This document shows, piece by piece, positions 52,701 through 64,000 of a stretch of 64,000 nucleotides of DNA. Made by a program: the position numbers and the translations under genes. The DNA is taken from NCBI GenBank assembly GCA_963924565.1, contig OZ004609.1, forward strand, positions 33,170,001 through 33,234,000, written 5' to 3'. Position 1 is the first letter of the stretch; each line of letters starts with the position of its first letter. The notes beneath the pieces were generated by a model. It made no database searches. It was not told where the DNA came from and was given only the letters and a program-made list of their open reading frames with translations. Source of the stretch: Ascidiella aspersa (lineage: Eukaryota).

Positions 52701-52706
52701 TATACG

Positions 52707-52798
52707 AATCACGTTGACATTATTAAATCACATTGACATCATCAAATCACATTGACATCATCAAATCACATTGACGTTATCAAATCACGTTGCCATCA
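52707..52798. repeat. 19-bp tandem repeat x about 4.8, immediately upstream of the receptor start codon
   Basis: AAATCACATTGACATCATC units. Confidence 0.85.
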
Positions 52799-53156
52799 GC
52801 TTCGTTGGATCAAATCACTTTATATAAACGTTTTAATTGTTATCTGTATAAAAACATATTTGTACGTTTAAAGAATCCTCACTCGCATGTCAACCAAATA
52901 AGTTTGAGCTGCCTTTTTGGTTATAAGCTTTAACCTTTGATAAAGTAACCTAATTGTGTTTGGGAGAACTTGATAATTTAAAAATAGGGCGACTGTGTAA
53001 AGACGTTTTCACAGCGATGATCATTAAGATATCGCATATTTTATGATCAAAGCTGATACCTGATATCAAGAAGCAGCATCTTCGACACTGATTCGATATT
53101 ATCGCTGCCAATTCATCACCAAACTAATAATAACCTAGCCATGTTTTGCGATCTAA

Positions 53157-53688
53157 GGCAGATTGGGCTTATTAAGAAGTAACGTTTTTATTAAGTAATA
53201 AAATATAAAAGAAAAATATGGCCTCATAACATGGTTTTGTACGTTTAGCTTTCAATTTTTGTTTCTTTGACCTGGATAATAAAGCCGTTGATATCTGATT
53301 GGACTGCCGTAATCTTTTTTGACAATAATTTAATCAATTTACAAATAATTAATTTATATGGTCAAAATTCTGTTAAATTAACTTCCATGATGAACTTCTA
53401 CCTAAATCGACATATAAAAAGCTTCTGTAGAATATAGTTTAGCTTTCTTTGAGTGTTCCAATCTCATCAGCTTGGTTCGTTTATAAGAATGTTAATGACG
53501 TCATTTAGGATCGAATCCGATCGCGATGCTCTGGTCCAAAACATAAGGTAAGGGTATCGATAAATAAAAAGTTTTGGACAGTCCCTAATGATTCAAAATG
53601 TCTTCATCGAAATGACTTCTTAAAGAATCATCAATCTTTTAAACACAATCAAGTTTTTCTTAAGAAACGACGCTAATCCCAATCTGAC
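53157..53688. mobile_element. Possible TIR element (PIF/Harbinger-like ends)
   Basis: GGCAGATTGGGCTTA vs TAATCCCAATCTGAC; TAA on the left and TAC on the right. Weak evidence. Confidence 0.35.
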
Positions 53689-54339
53689 TACTTCCTCGGC
53701 AAAACGACCTTGGTGCCTATCTTGTCGTGTGTCTTGTCCTTTCCTCCTCAATGTGCAAGAACGACGGCAAGTCTGTCAAGTAGAAAGAGCCTGTTTCTGT
53801 CAAGCCTATCTTTCGCCACCAACTTCAGATTACGTCGATGGAAAAGGAGCTGATATTCAACTTGCGAGCAAGAAGTCACGATAACGAGGCGTAATATAAG
53901 ATAACATTTAAAAGGCCTATACTTTGAGAATTGGCATTTGATGGACTGATGTTTTGGATAAGACAAGGACGAAAAACGGCTGTATAACTAGCAAATAACA
54001 GCAAAAATCGAACCAAATATAGGACCAGTTAGCAAAATCAATACTATTTTACCAGAATTGACTGAAATCTTTCACAAAATCTGACTGACTGACTGAAGTT
54101 TTGGTAAACCATTTCTAGAAAACCGCGCCATAAACTGACTTTTTTCCGTTCACCGCATCCATTCTTTCGAACTCACTTTTTTGTGAAATTTTTATATAAA
54201 ATACATTGATTTTTGTTGGAAATTTGTATTAAAATGCATTCTCGTGTCAACCTCTATCAAAATACTGTATATTTCATCAAAAAGAATTATGATTCACCAA
54301 GTTTCCCTAACCCTTTTCTATACTGTTAATCCCCCAAAA

Positions 54340-54720
54340 CTACCGCAAATCCCTCTCGACCAGCTTTCCTTGTGCCACGATCCTCGCACAGAGAGAAAAC
54401 GCGCCACCAATTCCAGCTAATTACGTCACCAATCGAAATATCGTCACCCGGGTGAGCCGTCAAATCCACCAAACTTGCCCAGTAGGCCAATCCCTGCGGA
54501 ATCGCTGCAATGATTGCGGTTTGAGTTCTTACCAAGGGCGACCTGCGCGTAATGAGTTATGACGGATTCGCGTTATATTTCGCCGCGTTTGAAACCGAAA
54601 GGGCTCCGTTGAATGGCATTTTTCGCAGCTCGACGTGTGACATGACGTCACGCGGTCGATAGGCTGTGACGTAGCACTTTCGAGTGGTATTCGCGACTGG
54701 GGGAGTGTCACGTATTTTTG
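54340..54720. promoter_or_regulatory. CpG-rich candidate promoter region between the divergent receptor (-) and BTB (+) genes
   Basis: Local GC/CpG enrichment, CCAAT boxes and TGACGTCA; lies between the two 5' ends. Function is inferred only. Confidence 0.3.
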
Positions 54721-56600
54721 GTGTTCTTTAAATCAGAAAACTGATCGTGCGTTATGACTTCTTGAAATCAATATAATTTTAAACAGTACGAGCCTCAAAT
54801 ACCAAAAACATTTAATGTCGATTTTTTTATTGATTTAACGGCATTCTTACGACTGAAGGAAACCTTTTGTCGTGACACCAATTATAACAAGTAACAAACG
54901 TTTTTCACGAACAACACGTAATAACTCAAGAGGGTACATTGGGAAGAATTTACATCAAAATCTACGAGAAGCTAACGAAAAGTGATACATAGCGTTAAAT
55001 AAAGGGAGCGATTCAGGGAAATTTAAATCGGATTTTTATTGGATTAAAATTTAATGTCGATAAAGAATGTAAGGTAGAGCATGACAAAGGGGTTGCGCTT
55101 GTTAATAGTGTTTTCGATGTCATTGCATTTTCTTATGGTCACAAGATATGTTACTTTACCTTAAAAGGAACAATCTTAGTTAAAAATAGCTCGATTTAAG
55201 CCTAACACGCAAGTCTTTATGTAAAGCCGCAAATCCAATTTTTTAATGAAATATTCGTTTGCCAATAAGCGTCCCGCGACGATAACTGAAATTCTTACGG
55301 TCTTCCGGAAGTACGTCATTGAAATTTGCGTCACAAAGACTTTTTTGTTTCTATCGTTGACGTTGATTGTCGAAATATATCCTAAATATGTTTAAAAAAT
55401 GTAAGATTTAGGTCGACAAGGGCATAATAATTACGATTTGTTATGGTAACTGTATGGGTTTTGGCGAATAAAACCCATACAATGCAAATTCCCATAAGAC
55501 CATATATGTGCTTTGTTAATGCCTAATGCCATTATGACGTTGTAAAGAGACAACTTGTGGCGTCGTAAAGGGACAAACATTGTGACGTTGTAAAGGAACA
55601 ATAGTTTTCGGGAGTCGGCGCAATAAAGCCTGTTCGAGGCCACTTAACATACCCGAATATCGATTTTCGAGAAGTTGATGACACATTAAGCGATCGTCGG
55701 ACGTTTAACTGCTGTATACGTAAGTTGTGATACAGGTCGAACTTTATGTGCAATATCGTACAGTTTTACAGGTCTAAAGGAACTTGGCTTTAATTAGTCA
55801 GCATTGATTTCAGTTTTAAGGTAAAGGAGTAGTTAACATAACTTATAAATGTTTAACGTTTAACCGCAAGCAGACAAAAAACAACCTTAGGAAAAGCATC
55901 TTATCAAAGCTGTTTCACCATAAAAAAGTTACCAAAGATGGTTAATGTGTAAAGTGAGCTAATTTCTGAATAGCAAGTCGCATTAGAAGAATGACAAATT
56001 CATTATTCTGTTGGAAGCGAAATCTGTTGGTTATTTTTAGGTTTGATTTCTAGGTTAATAGGATTACGGGATACAAGCGAGGCGTGGTATAGCAAGATTG
56101 GGAAAGAACTTGAAAGAATGCGACTAATCGTTTGAAGTGGCCAACACCAGTCGGCAAGCAATGGCCGGGAACCCTTCTATTTTCGACGGCAAGGGTGCTT
56201 CATTTCTATTAACAAGCAATTCAACGCAAGCCAAAAACGGGTAAATCTTCAAGATTTTCTTTTTGCCTAAGTGATTTCAATTGGCCTTGTCGTGCTACCG
56301 CTATTAGCGTTCTATTGAAAGTCATTCAGAGACGCAAACGCTGGGAATGGCGAATGCTGCAATATGTTTTAGTTCAGTTTTCAATTTAGGCTATTGGCTG
56401 CCGAAGCTTATAATGATTGAAAGATGAGATATTATATTGGTCGCGTAATCCTGCGAGCTTTGGTTCAAATCACACTTAAAAATAATTGCAATGATTTGAA
56501 CTTATTTTAAATGTTTTCTGCTCTATTAAAACTCTATACCAGCATGTTCGAACCGAATGTAGATGAAATTAAAATGGAAAGTTGAATTTAAAAAACGAAG

Positions 56601-56936
56601 ATTGCTAACAAGTGTGCGACCTTAAATAATAGGGTTCAATTTTTTCAAGATACATTGTAAATGGCCCTTGCAAGAGGTCTGCTTCTTAAAAAATGATAAT
56701 CTGTCTCGATGTACCTATAGAAAAAAAAATAGCAAAAATCTACCAAGTAAAAGAAAATTAGTATTGCTAACAAGTGTGCGACCTTAAATAATAGGGTTCA
56801 ATTTTTTCAAGATACATTGTAAATTGCCCTTGCAAGAGGTCTGCTTCTTAAAAAATGATAATTTGTCTCGATGTACCTATAGAAAAAAAATAGCGAAAAT
56901 CTAACAAGTAAAAGAAAATTAATATTGCTAACAAGT
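56601..56936. repeat. Tandem duplication, about 161-162 bp x2 plus partial third
   Basis: ATTGCTAACAAGT restarts at 56601, 56763 and 56924; the units are near-identical. Confidence 0.9.
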
Positions 56937-57822
56937 TTAAGAAACAAATATTGTCGTTTTTTAGTGGTGAGTTGTAAAATATGTAGCCGTGTTAAAAGAG
57001 ATTTAGTTGTCTTCCGTTATTAGTTTGCGAACACAATTAGCTTGCCTGCAGGTTAATTAGGCTGCGACCAATAGGGCCGCGGTACACCGTCAGTCGGCCT
57101 TAATTAGGATACAATTGAGCGAATTGATTTTCGTTATGGGGGTGCCAAGCGCCTTTATTGTGAATCTGAAAATCACAGGTGCACAAAAAAGGTAGTGGAT
57201 TATTTTTATCGATGCGGTTTGTAGAAAAAAATGCGTAAATTCTGTTCATATTGTCTATTGGTCGACAAAAACAACAATCTCAATGTGTTTCTCCTAAAGA
57301 AGACCAATATGTTGATTTTTTTTGCATTCAAATTGGGATTTGATAGTCACTAACAAACAGCTGGGGTTGAAGTCATGAAAAATACCCGAAAATTGAACCA
57401 ACTGTCGAAAAACTGACTGTTTTAAAAGTGATTTATGCAAGCCTAAATAAAATGCGGCTTGCGTGTTTGTTGTTTCTGCCATAAAATGATTTTCCGTTAT
57501 AGTTTTAGAAAAACGTGAGTTCCGTTAGAGTTGAAACACAGTCGCTTACGTTAAAAATTTACAGTCATTTGAAGTCTTGAATTGAGTTAACACGTGTCGT
57601 ATCGTTTTTCACAAAATAAACGAGGGTGGAAAAATAGAGTGGACAAAGAAGGGTGGAAAATACATTGGGAAAATTGAAAAAATGGCGAAGGATAAGTGGT
57701 AAATTTAGTAGAAAAAACTAAGGGAGATAAAAAATGGGGGTGGAAAAGTCAAGTTCATTAACTAAGATTTCTTATTTAAACCTGTAAGCCTCTAGTGTTC
57801 CTCCACTTGTGATAAAACAAAC

Positions 57823-59761
57823 ATGTACAAGGGTTTGCTCGATCAGCCCACCTTTGTGTACACCGAGTGCAGCGACGTCACTGAAGTGTTTGTGACGGAA
57901 CAAAGCAAACCCGCTGACGTCAGCGGGGGCGTTACGTCAGAGCAGCAAGCGCCGAAAATTCGCTTTCGCATTTTGGACCAAACGTCTAGCGGGAAGTCTC
58001 GCAAGACCGCGTCGCCGCCGCGCGAAAACAATGGCGACCACTGTGACGTAGCACCTGCCGATGACGTCACAGTTAGGCCTCAGATTCGCCTATCGGTGAT
58101 ATCCAAGCATAAGGACGAAACCCCGTCGCTAGAAAAACAACAGCAACAACCCGCCGACCGCCTCGACACGATCCCAGAGGACTCGCCTGACGTCATAAAG
58201 AAACCGCTTATGACGTCACAGCCGCGTCGCGCGTCGTCCGACGCCGAGTTCCTGGAGTTTGCGCGGGATTTTGCGCGCCAGGTGCGGCGCCGGCCAACCG
58301 AGACCCTCCTGAACCCAAACCAGTATGACGTGTACCTCCAGAAGGTTGCGTCGCGCGACCGGTTGCACGGCAACGGCGTGACGCAGGCGGTGACGTCACG
58401 AGTGTCGTGTTCTAATGTTCGCAGCTCGTCGCTGGAGGAGAAGGTGACCGGTGATGGGGGAGGTGACGTAGATGGTCACGTGGTCGGAGATCTGGTGTGC
58501 TTCGCCGCAAACACGCTCAGGTAACCATGACGACCGGTGGTTTAATAAAAATGACAAAGTAAAAAAAATAAATATGAATTTCAGTAGAAAAAGTAAACGG
58601 TGACCCAAGTGGTTCATAACGTTTTAAAGGCGAAATTTCATTGAATATGTTTAGATATTAATTTAATGAATAAATAATATCATAGGATGACCTACTAGTG
58701 GTATTCAAACGAACATTGAACATGTACACGATTGGAGGGCTGTATACAAACAACACTTGCAATTCAATGTGAAAATAGCATTGCATATCAACCTCACAAT
58801 TACCCCCTTAAAAGTATTAAATTGTAATAACCCAAAGGGTAAAAATCACTCTTGCAGTATACTATCTTGGAGACAGGATTTCTTTACTTCTGCTCACCGA
58901 ATCTAATTTGTTTCTACGATGCTCCTAATATATCAATCTAATTTGTTTAAGGGATCTGTTTATACATATCTGTTATACTGAAATGGCAACAAGTAGTCCC
59001 AATGTACAGAGTTTAGCACTGTTTATGGATTTGGTTGGATGTGGTTTACGGTAATGGCAATACATACTGCCATACCAAGTTTACCAAAAATATTCGTAAA
59101 CAGTTGTCCTCGGGTACCAGCAGCAGAAGCACTAGAGACGAAACATTTTTGCACAAAAAATGTTGACATTTTTCTGTGAAAGATACCAAACCGTTTGTTT
59201 TTGGCTCAAATTTTCATTTGGAGTTTGTTGTGGTACATATTTTGAGTCAGAGAACGAATAACCCAGGGTTTTTAAACTGCCATCCGTAGAACCTTCAGGG
59301 TACGCGTTTTGGGTGATCCAAAGGATTTATTGATCTAACCGTTACTTAGAATATGTAAAGTTTAATGCCGACCCTGGCACAAGCAAACCAAAAAGAACTT
59401 GGGGGTTAACTCGTAAATTAATACCGGATTTTAATGCACTTATAAAAATAATGTCAAGATACCATCTTTGTCTGATTCAAAAACTGAAAACAAGTGGCAC
59501 TATACACTCATGACAAAATGTATTTTACTGTTAACTAGCTTTATCTCAAAAGGTAAAGAAACAATGCAGTTTAGCCTCGTAAGTGCGATAACTTCATTAC
59601 GTCACAGGTACTTCGACAACCCCGATCTGAGTGACGTCATCATCGTGATCGGAGAGCACCGCTTTTACAGCCACAAGATGGCGTTGGCTGCGCAGAGTGA
59701 CGTGTTTCGTGACATGCTGATCGTGAGTGACAGGTGCACGGGATGTCCGGACTTTCAGAAG
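57823..59761 (+). CDS. BTB/POZ domain protein, 5' part; exons 57823-58520 and 59608-59761; no further exon seen in window
   Basis: Donor CTCAG|gtaacc (phase 2) joins gtcacag|G TAC to give GDLVCFAANTLRYFDNPDLSDVIIVIGEHRFYSHKMALAAQSDVFRDML, a canonical BTB N-terminus. Long disordered N-terminal extension. Confidence 0.85.
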
Positions 59762-61183
59762 GTTGGTGACTGTAATGTCATTGTGTGTTCCCGTGCCCCC
59801 CTCTATGGAAGACTTATTCCGATTTATGCGTTATTACCACTATTAGCTATTAGTTCTATTTAGGCCTTGCTCCGAACTGCCTTTTTATTCCGACGTTTGA
59901 CTCATGAAAGTTTGAGTATCACTGGTTACGTTTATGGAGACTGAATTTACGAAATCCCTTATAGCCGAAATGTCAAAAAAATCAATTCACATGATTGTGT
60001 TTATTTTAAAGATTGTGTTGTACTACTTTTATTGTGTGTCGATGATGGCATTTTTCCACTTTTATTATAGCTTGCTTTACAGTAAAATAAGTTACATCTT
60101 AATTTGACGTTAAAAAGAATAACCTTAAGAGCACAACATAGTTTGTTTATTTTGTTATAGTTCTAGGTCGCAGAGGTGTTACTCCTAATATAAAAGCTAC
60201 GTTATGAAGATGTTATTTATTCGCACAAAGCGAAAAACGCCTTTTTTCATTTCGAAGGTGCGCGATAAGACGCACAATAAATTTACAAAAGAGGCTAAGA
60301 CATACTAGAAAGAAAATACAAAAAAATCTGCATTTACTTAGTTAATCATCTTTTAATGGAGAGACATGGCCATGTGCCCTACCCCCGATGGATTCGCGAG
60401 TAACGCAACAAACATATTGTCTTATGGCATAGAGTGGCGTTTTATTAAAAACAAATTGGGGCTTTAATAAAAAATCGCTGTTTTTAATGCTCATGGCGAT
60501 ATTTTCTCTGAGACACAACACAAAAAATCTTGTTTTATTTCTTTTGAACTTGAAACATCGACAATATACAAAGCCCTTTCTGCACAACGTAAGCAATTGT
60601 CCTTCGAGTAAATAGGCAAAAGACATTTCTGTATCTGTTAACACATCGAGAACTTGTAATAGAAAGACAATTCTAATGTTTCGCTGTAAGAAAAATATTA
60701 TCAAAATTCACCAGATTCAAAGTTTTGCAAACACTTTTGAAGTGTAAAGAAAGAAATACTATTTGCCTGGTTAGCGGTAAATATCCATTTAAGCACAAAA
60801 CAACGCTTTGAACTTTTAAATTAAATAAACACAGAAAATAAAAACATGGATTGGTGTAGAAACAAGAAATTCTAAAATATAGCAGAAAACATAATAGGGC
60901 ATATTTTATTAGGTAGGCTGTAAGTATTTTAGTTTAACAAAGCCGCAAAGCTGGATTGTGCTTTTGACTTCGGCGCTTTAGTAACAAATATAAACGGATA
61001 AAATAATCGACAACTGTTTCAACTGTAGAAACCACAAAAAAGGGACACATACGTTAAACCCATATCATAAATGGATTTTTTTTAAAACTTTACATTATAT
61101 CAACAATCTATACGATAACTACGCGCTACATTATCCTCTCAAGTTAGGGGGTGTGGCATTGCACGAAAAATCAATCAAAATAT

Positions 61184-63616
61184 TTATTTTTTTAACCGCT
61201 TGTTTTCGGGCTCGTTCCTGTGACGCAATTCGTCGGGCGCCGTTCTTTTCCTTGATTGGTCACAAGAGGGGGTGTGGCTTCGAGCGCTTCTCCGATAGTC
61301 TTTGTCGCTAAAATTATTTGCAGGCTTCTCGTTAAAGGGGCTGCCCCGAGATCGAGAACGAGTGCTGCAATGATGCATTTCTCCTTGGCGTTTTTCCGGT
61401 TTTTCGTTTACGGGATTGCTCCTTGAGTTTGGACGAATTCTTTTCTGGTAACGTTTGTCGTCCAAACTTAAAGGTGCTTTATTTGAGGTGCTTTCCCTCG
61501 AGCAATAACGAATTCTTTTGTTATAGTGCTTTTCGTCGCATGTCACTCGAGGATCATTTAAGGGGGCGCCGTTTGAGTTAGAATGGATTCTTTTTTGATG
61601 ATGTTTCTCGTTGCATGTTGAAAATGACTCGTTTGATTTGGCATCCCCCGATTGAAAACAGATTTTTCTTTGTCCGATTTCGTCGTTCAGATTTACAGTT
61701 ATTATGGAAGGTTCCTTGGATTGAGAACGGATTCTCCTTCGGTGATGCTCGTCCTTCAAACTAACCGTTTTTCCATTCAAGGGGTTGTCCCTCGGACGAG
61801 ATTTCATTCTACCCTCTCTTCCTTTCTGATCAAAACTTGATGAATGCTCATTGGAAAGGGTGTCCCTCAAGCTAGAACGAGTTCTTCTAGGAGATTGCTC
61901 GACTTCGAAATTTTCATGTCTCCTGTTTAAAGAGGCATTTGTTATAGTAGAAGAAATCCGACCGCTGCGTTTTGTTTGCGTAGGTTGCTCGTCTTCAAAA
62001 TCAGCTTTTTTGTTCAAGGGAACATTTTGCGAGCCAGAGCGTATCCTGGTACAACGATCGGGCTTAGTTGACTCTTCAAGACTCCTGTACTTCTCTTCTA
62101 CGTTTTCCCGTGCGCCGCGAAAGGCCCAGACGCCGTCGGCGCGCACCAGCTTCAGGACGTTCTGGTCGAACTCGATGACGTCACGTGCCGAGAAAGCCTC
62201 AAAGTCCTCCACCAGTTGGCGCACGTGCCACAGGCCTCGGTTCATCAGTTCCCTGAGGCACTGACGACTTACTTCGCTTACGTCTACGAAGAGGTGCAGT
62301 ACTTGCAGGTAGGTGTAGATGTAATACAGAGCTGTACAATAGGAGGAAAGTTCGTCTTGTTCGCAGCCGACGAAATGGTCAAGGGCCAGTTCCGAGATGT
62401 TTCTGTCTACCGTTGCAAGAGCGCGCTCCAGCTGTACGTGGCTTGGTTGAAGATGGAACCAATTTGTCGAAAGCTCCTGAGTTTGGTGTTCTTGTACGGG
62501 GAAGCTTTCGGTCATCGTGTTTAGTTCCTCATTTTCCGCTTCTTTGTGATTAGGCAAGTCAAACTTAGTCTGACATTTTTCTGAGCTTGCGGTTGTTATA
62601 GTGTTACTTAGTGAGGTTTTTGTTTCTTCTGGAAGAGTAGTTGTCTCGGGTGGATGTAGGAGGCCGGGTCTACTGGTGGATCTTTCAAGAAACGGTTTTG
62701 AAACTCCAAGAGAAGTTGCTGGTTGTTCTGGGGGAGTTTTTGTTTCTCCTGGAGGAGGCTTTAATCCTCTGTGGGAGGTATTTAGTCCGGCTAGAGCAAT
62801 TTTTGTGCTCACTTGGGAAGTTTTCGACCCTCCTAAAGAAATATTTGAACTTACTTGAGAAGCTTTAGATTTTCCTTCAAGTGCTTTAGATTCTCCCCTA
62901 GCTTTTAATCCCCTAGAAAGCTTTTCCGCAGCGATTTTGTGTTCTGAAAGTCCATTGCTGTCTTGACTAATGCTTGCTACTTTTTGAACAGCATTTTCGC
63001 TCTTTAGAGATGGGAGCTCTGCGGACTGAGTACGATGGAGTTTGCGGAAGCGTATGCGGTCAGTTTGTATCGCCACGCTGCTGCAAGGCTGCTTCAGTCG
63101 CCAGCAGGTCTTACCATCCGCTTCCTGACTGGAAACCACCTTAACGGCAACGGTGCGTTTCACAGTGGTCATTTTGGTTGTGTGTCTGACTGGAGGATCG
63201 GTCATGGTCATCTTGGTGGCATGTCTGACTGCAGGATCGGTCATGGTGGCCACCGAGGAAAGACAAGTATCAATAATCTTGTCAGAGTCGGTTGAACACA
63301 CGTTCTCTTTCCAATTCTCGGCTTCGCAGTTTGTTTGGGTTTCGGCTTCGGTTAGAGTTCTTGAGCAGCGTTCACAGCTTCGCTCAGATACGCTGAACAG
63401 CGACATTGCGCGCAGAAACCAATCGGCAGAGCACTCAAAGGTCTCAAAGATCTTCTTCTCGCCCCCCGAGCTTGGCCTTATCAGGATGTAGCGGTTGGCG
63501 AAGAGCTCCAGCAGCCCGCTCTCCAGCGTTTCGCTTTCCTGAGATTTCATCTTGGTGTGATTTTCATGTTTTATCAAGGAGCTATGTACAAGTAACCTGG
63601 AGCTACATAAAGGCAT
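61184..63616 (-). CDS. Uncharacterised 810-aa repeat-rich, probably nuclear protein
   Basis: 2.4-kb uninterrupted ORF in AT-rich DNA; CxxC, TQT-like motifs, 7-aa and about 25-aa repeats, central helical segment, C-terminal RKR..(x)..KRLKK. True start may be M23 or an upstream exon. Confidence 0.8.
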   Translation of the reverse strand: MPLCSSRLLVHSSLIKHENHTKMKSQESETLESGLLELFANRYILIRPSSGGEKKIFETFECSADWFLRAMSLFSVSERSCERCSRTLTEAETQTNCEAENWKENVCSTDSDKIIDTCLSSVATMTDPAVRHATKMTMTDPPVRHTTKMTTVKRTVAVKVVSSQEADGKTCWRLKQPCSSVAIQTDRIRFRKLHRTQSAELPSLKSENAVQKVASISQDSNGLSEHKIAAEKLSRGLKARGESKALEGKSKASQVSSNISLGGSKTSQVSTKIALAGLNTSHRGLKPPPGETKTPPEQPATSLGVSKPFLERSTSRPGLLHPPETTTLPEETKTSLSNTITTASSEKCQTKFDLPNHKEAENEELNTMTESFPVQEHQTQELSTNWFHLQPSHVQLERALATVDRNISELALDHFVGCEQDELSSYCTALYYIYTYLQVLHLFVDVSEVSRQCLRELMNRGLWHVRQLVEDFEAFSARDVIEFDQNVLKLVRADGVWAFRGARENVEEKYRSLEESTKPDRCTRIRSGSQNVPLNKKADFEDEQPTQTKRSGRISSTITNASLNRRHENFEVEQSPRRTRSSLRDTLSNEHSSSFDQKGREGRMKSRPRDNPLNGKTVSLKDEHHRRRIRSQSKEPSIITVNLNDEIGQRKICFQSGDAKSNESFSTCNEKHHQKRIHSNSNGAPLNDPRVTCDEKHYNKRIRYCSRESTSNKAPLSLDDKRYQKRIRPNSRSNPVNEKPEKRQGEMHHCSTRSRSRGSPFNEKPANNFSDKDYRRSARSHTPSCDQSRKRTAPDELRHRNEPENKRLKK

Positions 63617-64000
63617 GTTAGACCAACCTTATAAGTTTGGCAAAATACAGACTTGACAGCTATTAAATATACTGCTACATCTTTCAACCACCATAAAGTG
63701 TACATTGACCTATAGGCTTTACAAAGTGTAATAATAACATTTATGAGCGCGATGCCGTTTATCTAGTTTAAGTTAGTAAAATTGTGATTTGAATTAGGTC
63801 TTTAACTCTGGGTGATTAAAAATGCATTTTTTTAAGTTTGAAAAAGGTATTAGAGTTGGCCAAGTTGCACACAGCGCATTTAGGCTAAAATATTCTCCAA
63901 ATTATGTAAATATATAAATAGCTATAAACGATTTAGAAAATATACATTTACGTAATATTGGGTCCATAGCCTCGTGCCCTACGGACCCCCCTGTTTAACG

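Noticed and set aside
52881-52888. ATG CGA|gtgagg as the receptor start exon
   Set aside because: Phase 0 would put the signal-peptide exon out of frame; ATG GG|gtgag at 52700 fits phase 2.
53700-53966. GC-balanced segment with a 72-aa ORF upstream of the receptor
   Set aside because: Short frames with no recognisable product.
56601-56936. Direct repeats considered as LTRs or a CRISPR-like array
   Set aside because: Adjacent tandem duplication with no spacer, internal ORF or TG...CA ends; eukaryotic context.
61652-63621. Plus-strand ORFs opposite the 810-aa ORF as BTB gene exons
   Set aside because: No BTB, BACK or Kelch motifs; they are antisense shadows of the long ORF.

Overview
AT-rich, intron-containing animal genomic DNA, not prokaryotic. 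An ascidian/tunicate origin is inferred from three things: pervasive TGACGTCA palindromes, a compact operon-like gene pair and GABA-A pi-like receptor homology. Genes were reconstructed by eye from GT-AG, phase-consistent exons. In order: the last exon of a MINPP1-like inositol polyphosphate phosphatase (+); a 4-exon secreted four-EF-hand protein (+); a 6-exon divergent IP6 kinase (+); a 7-exon STARD4/5/6-like lipid-transfer gene (-) starting 190 bp downstream of intronless MRPL53 (-); a 14-exon anion-type Cys-loop receptor most like GABRP (-); the first two coding exons of a BTB protein (+); and an 810-codon orphan repeat-rich ORF (-), probably nested in the BTB gene intron. Introns and spacers hold many hAT-type MITEs with 8-bp TSDs, a decayed hAT transposon with a nested TIR element, Merlin-like hairpin MITEs, tRNA-derived SINE heads and tandem repeats. 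The most notable observations are the MINPP1 / secreted EF-hand / IP6K neighbourhood, a receptor with a degenerate GABA site plus a His/Asp-rich N-terminus and repeat-encoded uORFs, an operon-like MRPL53-STARD junction, and the orphan protein with LC8-type motifs. All homology calls come from motif recognition, not database searches.
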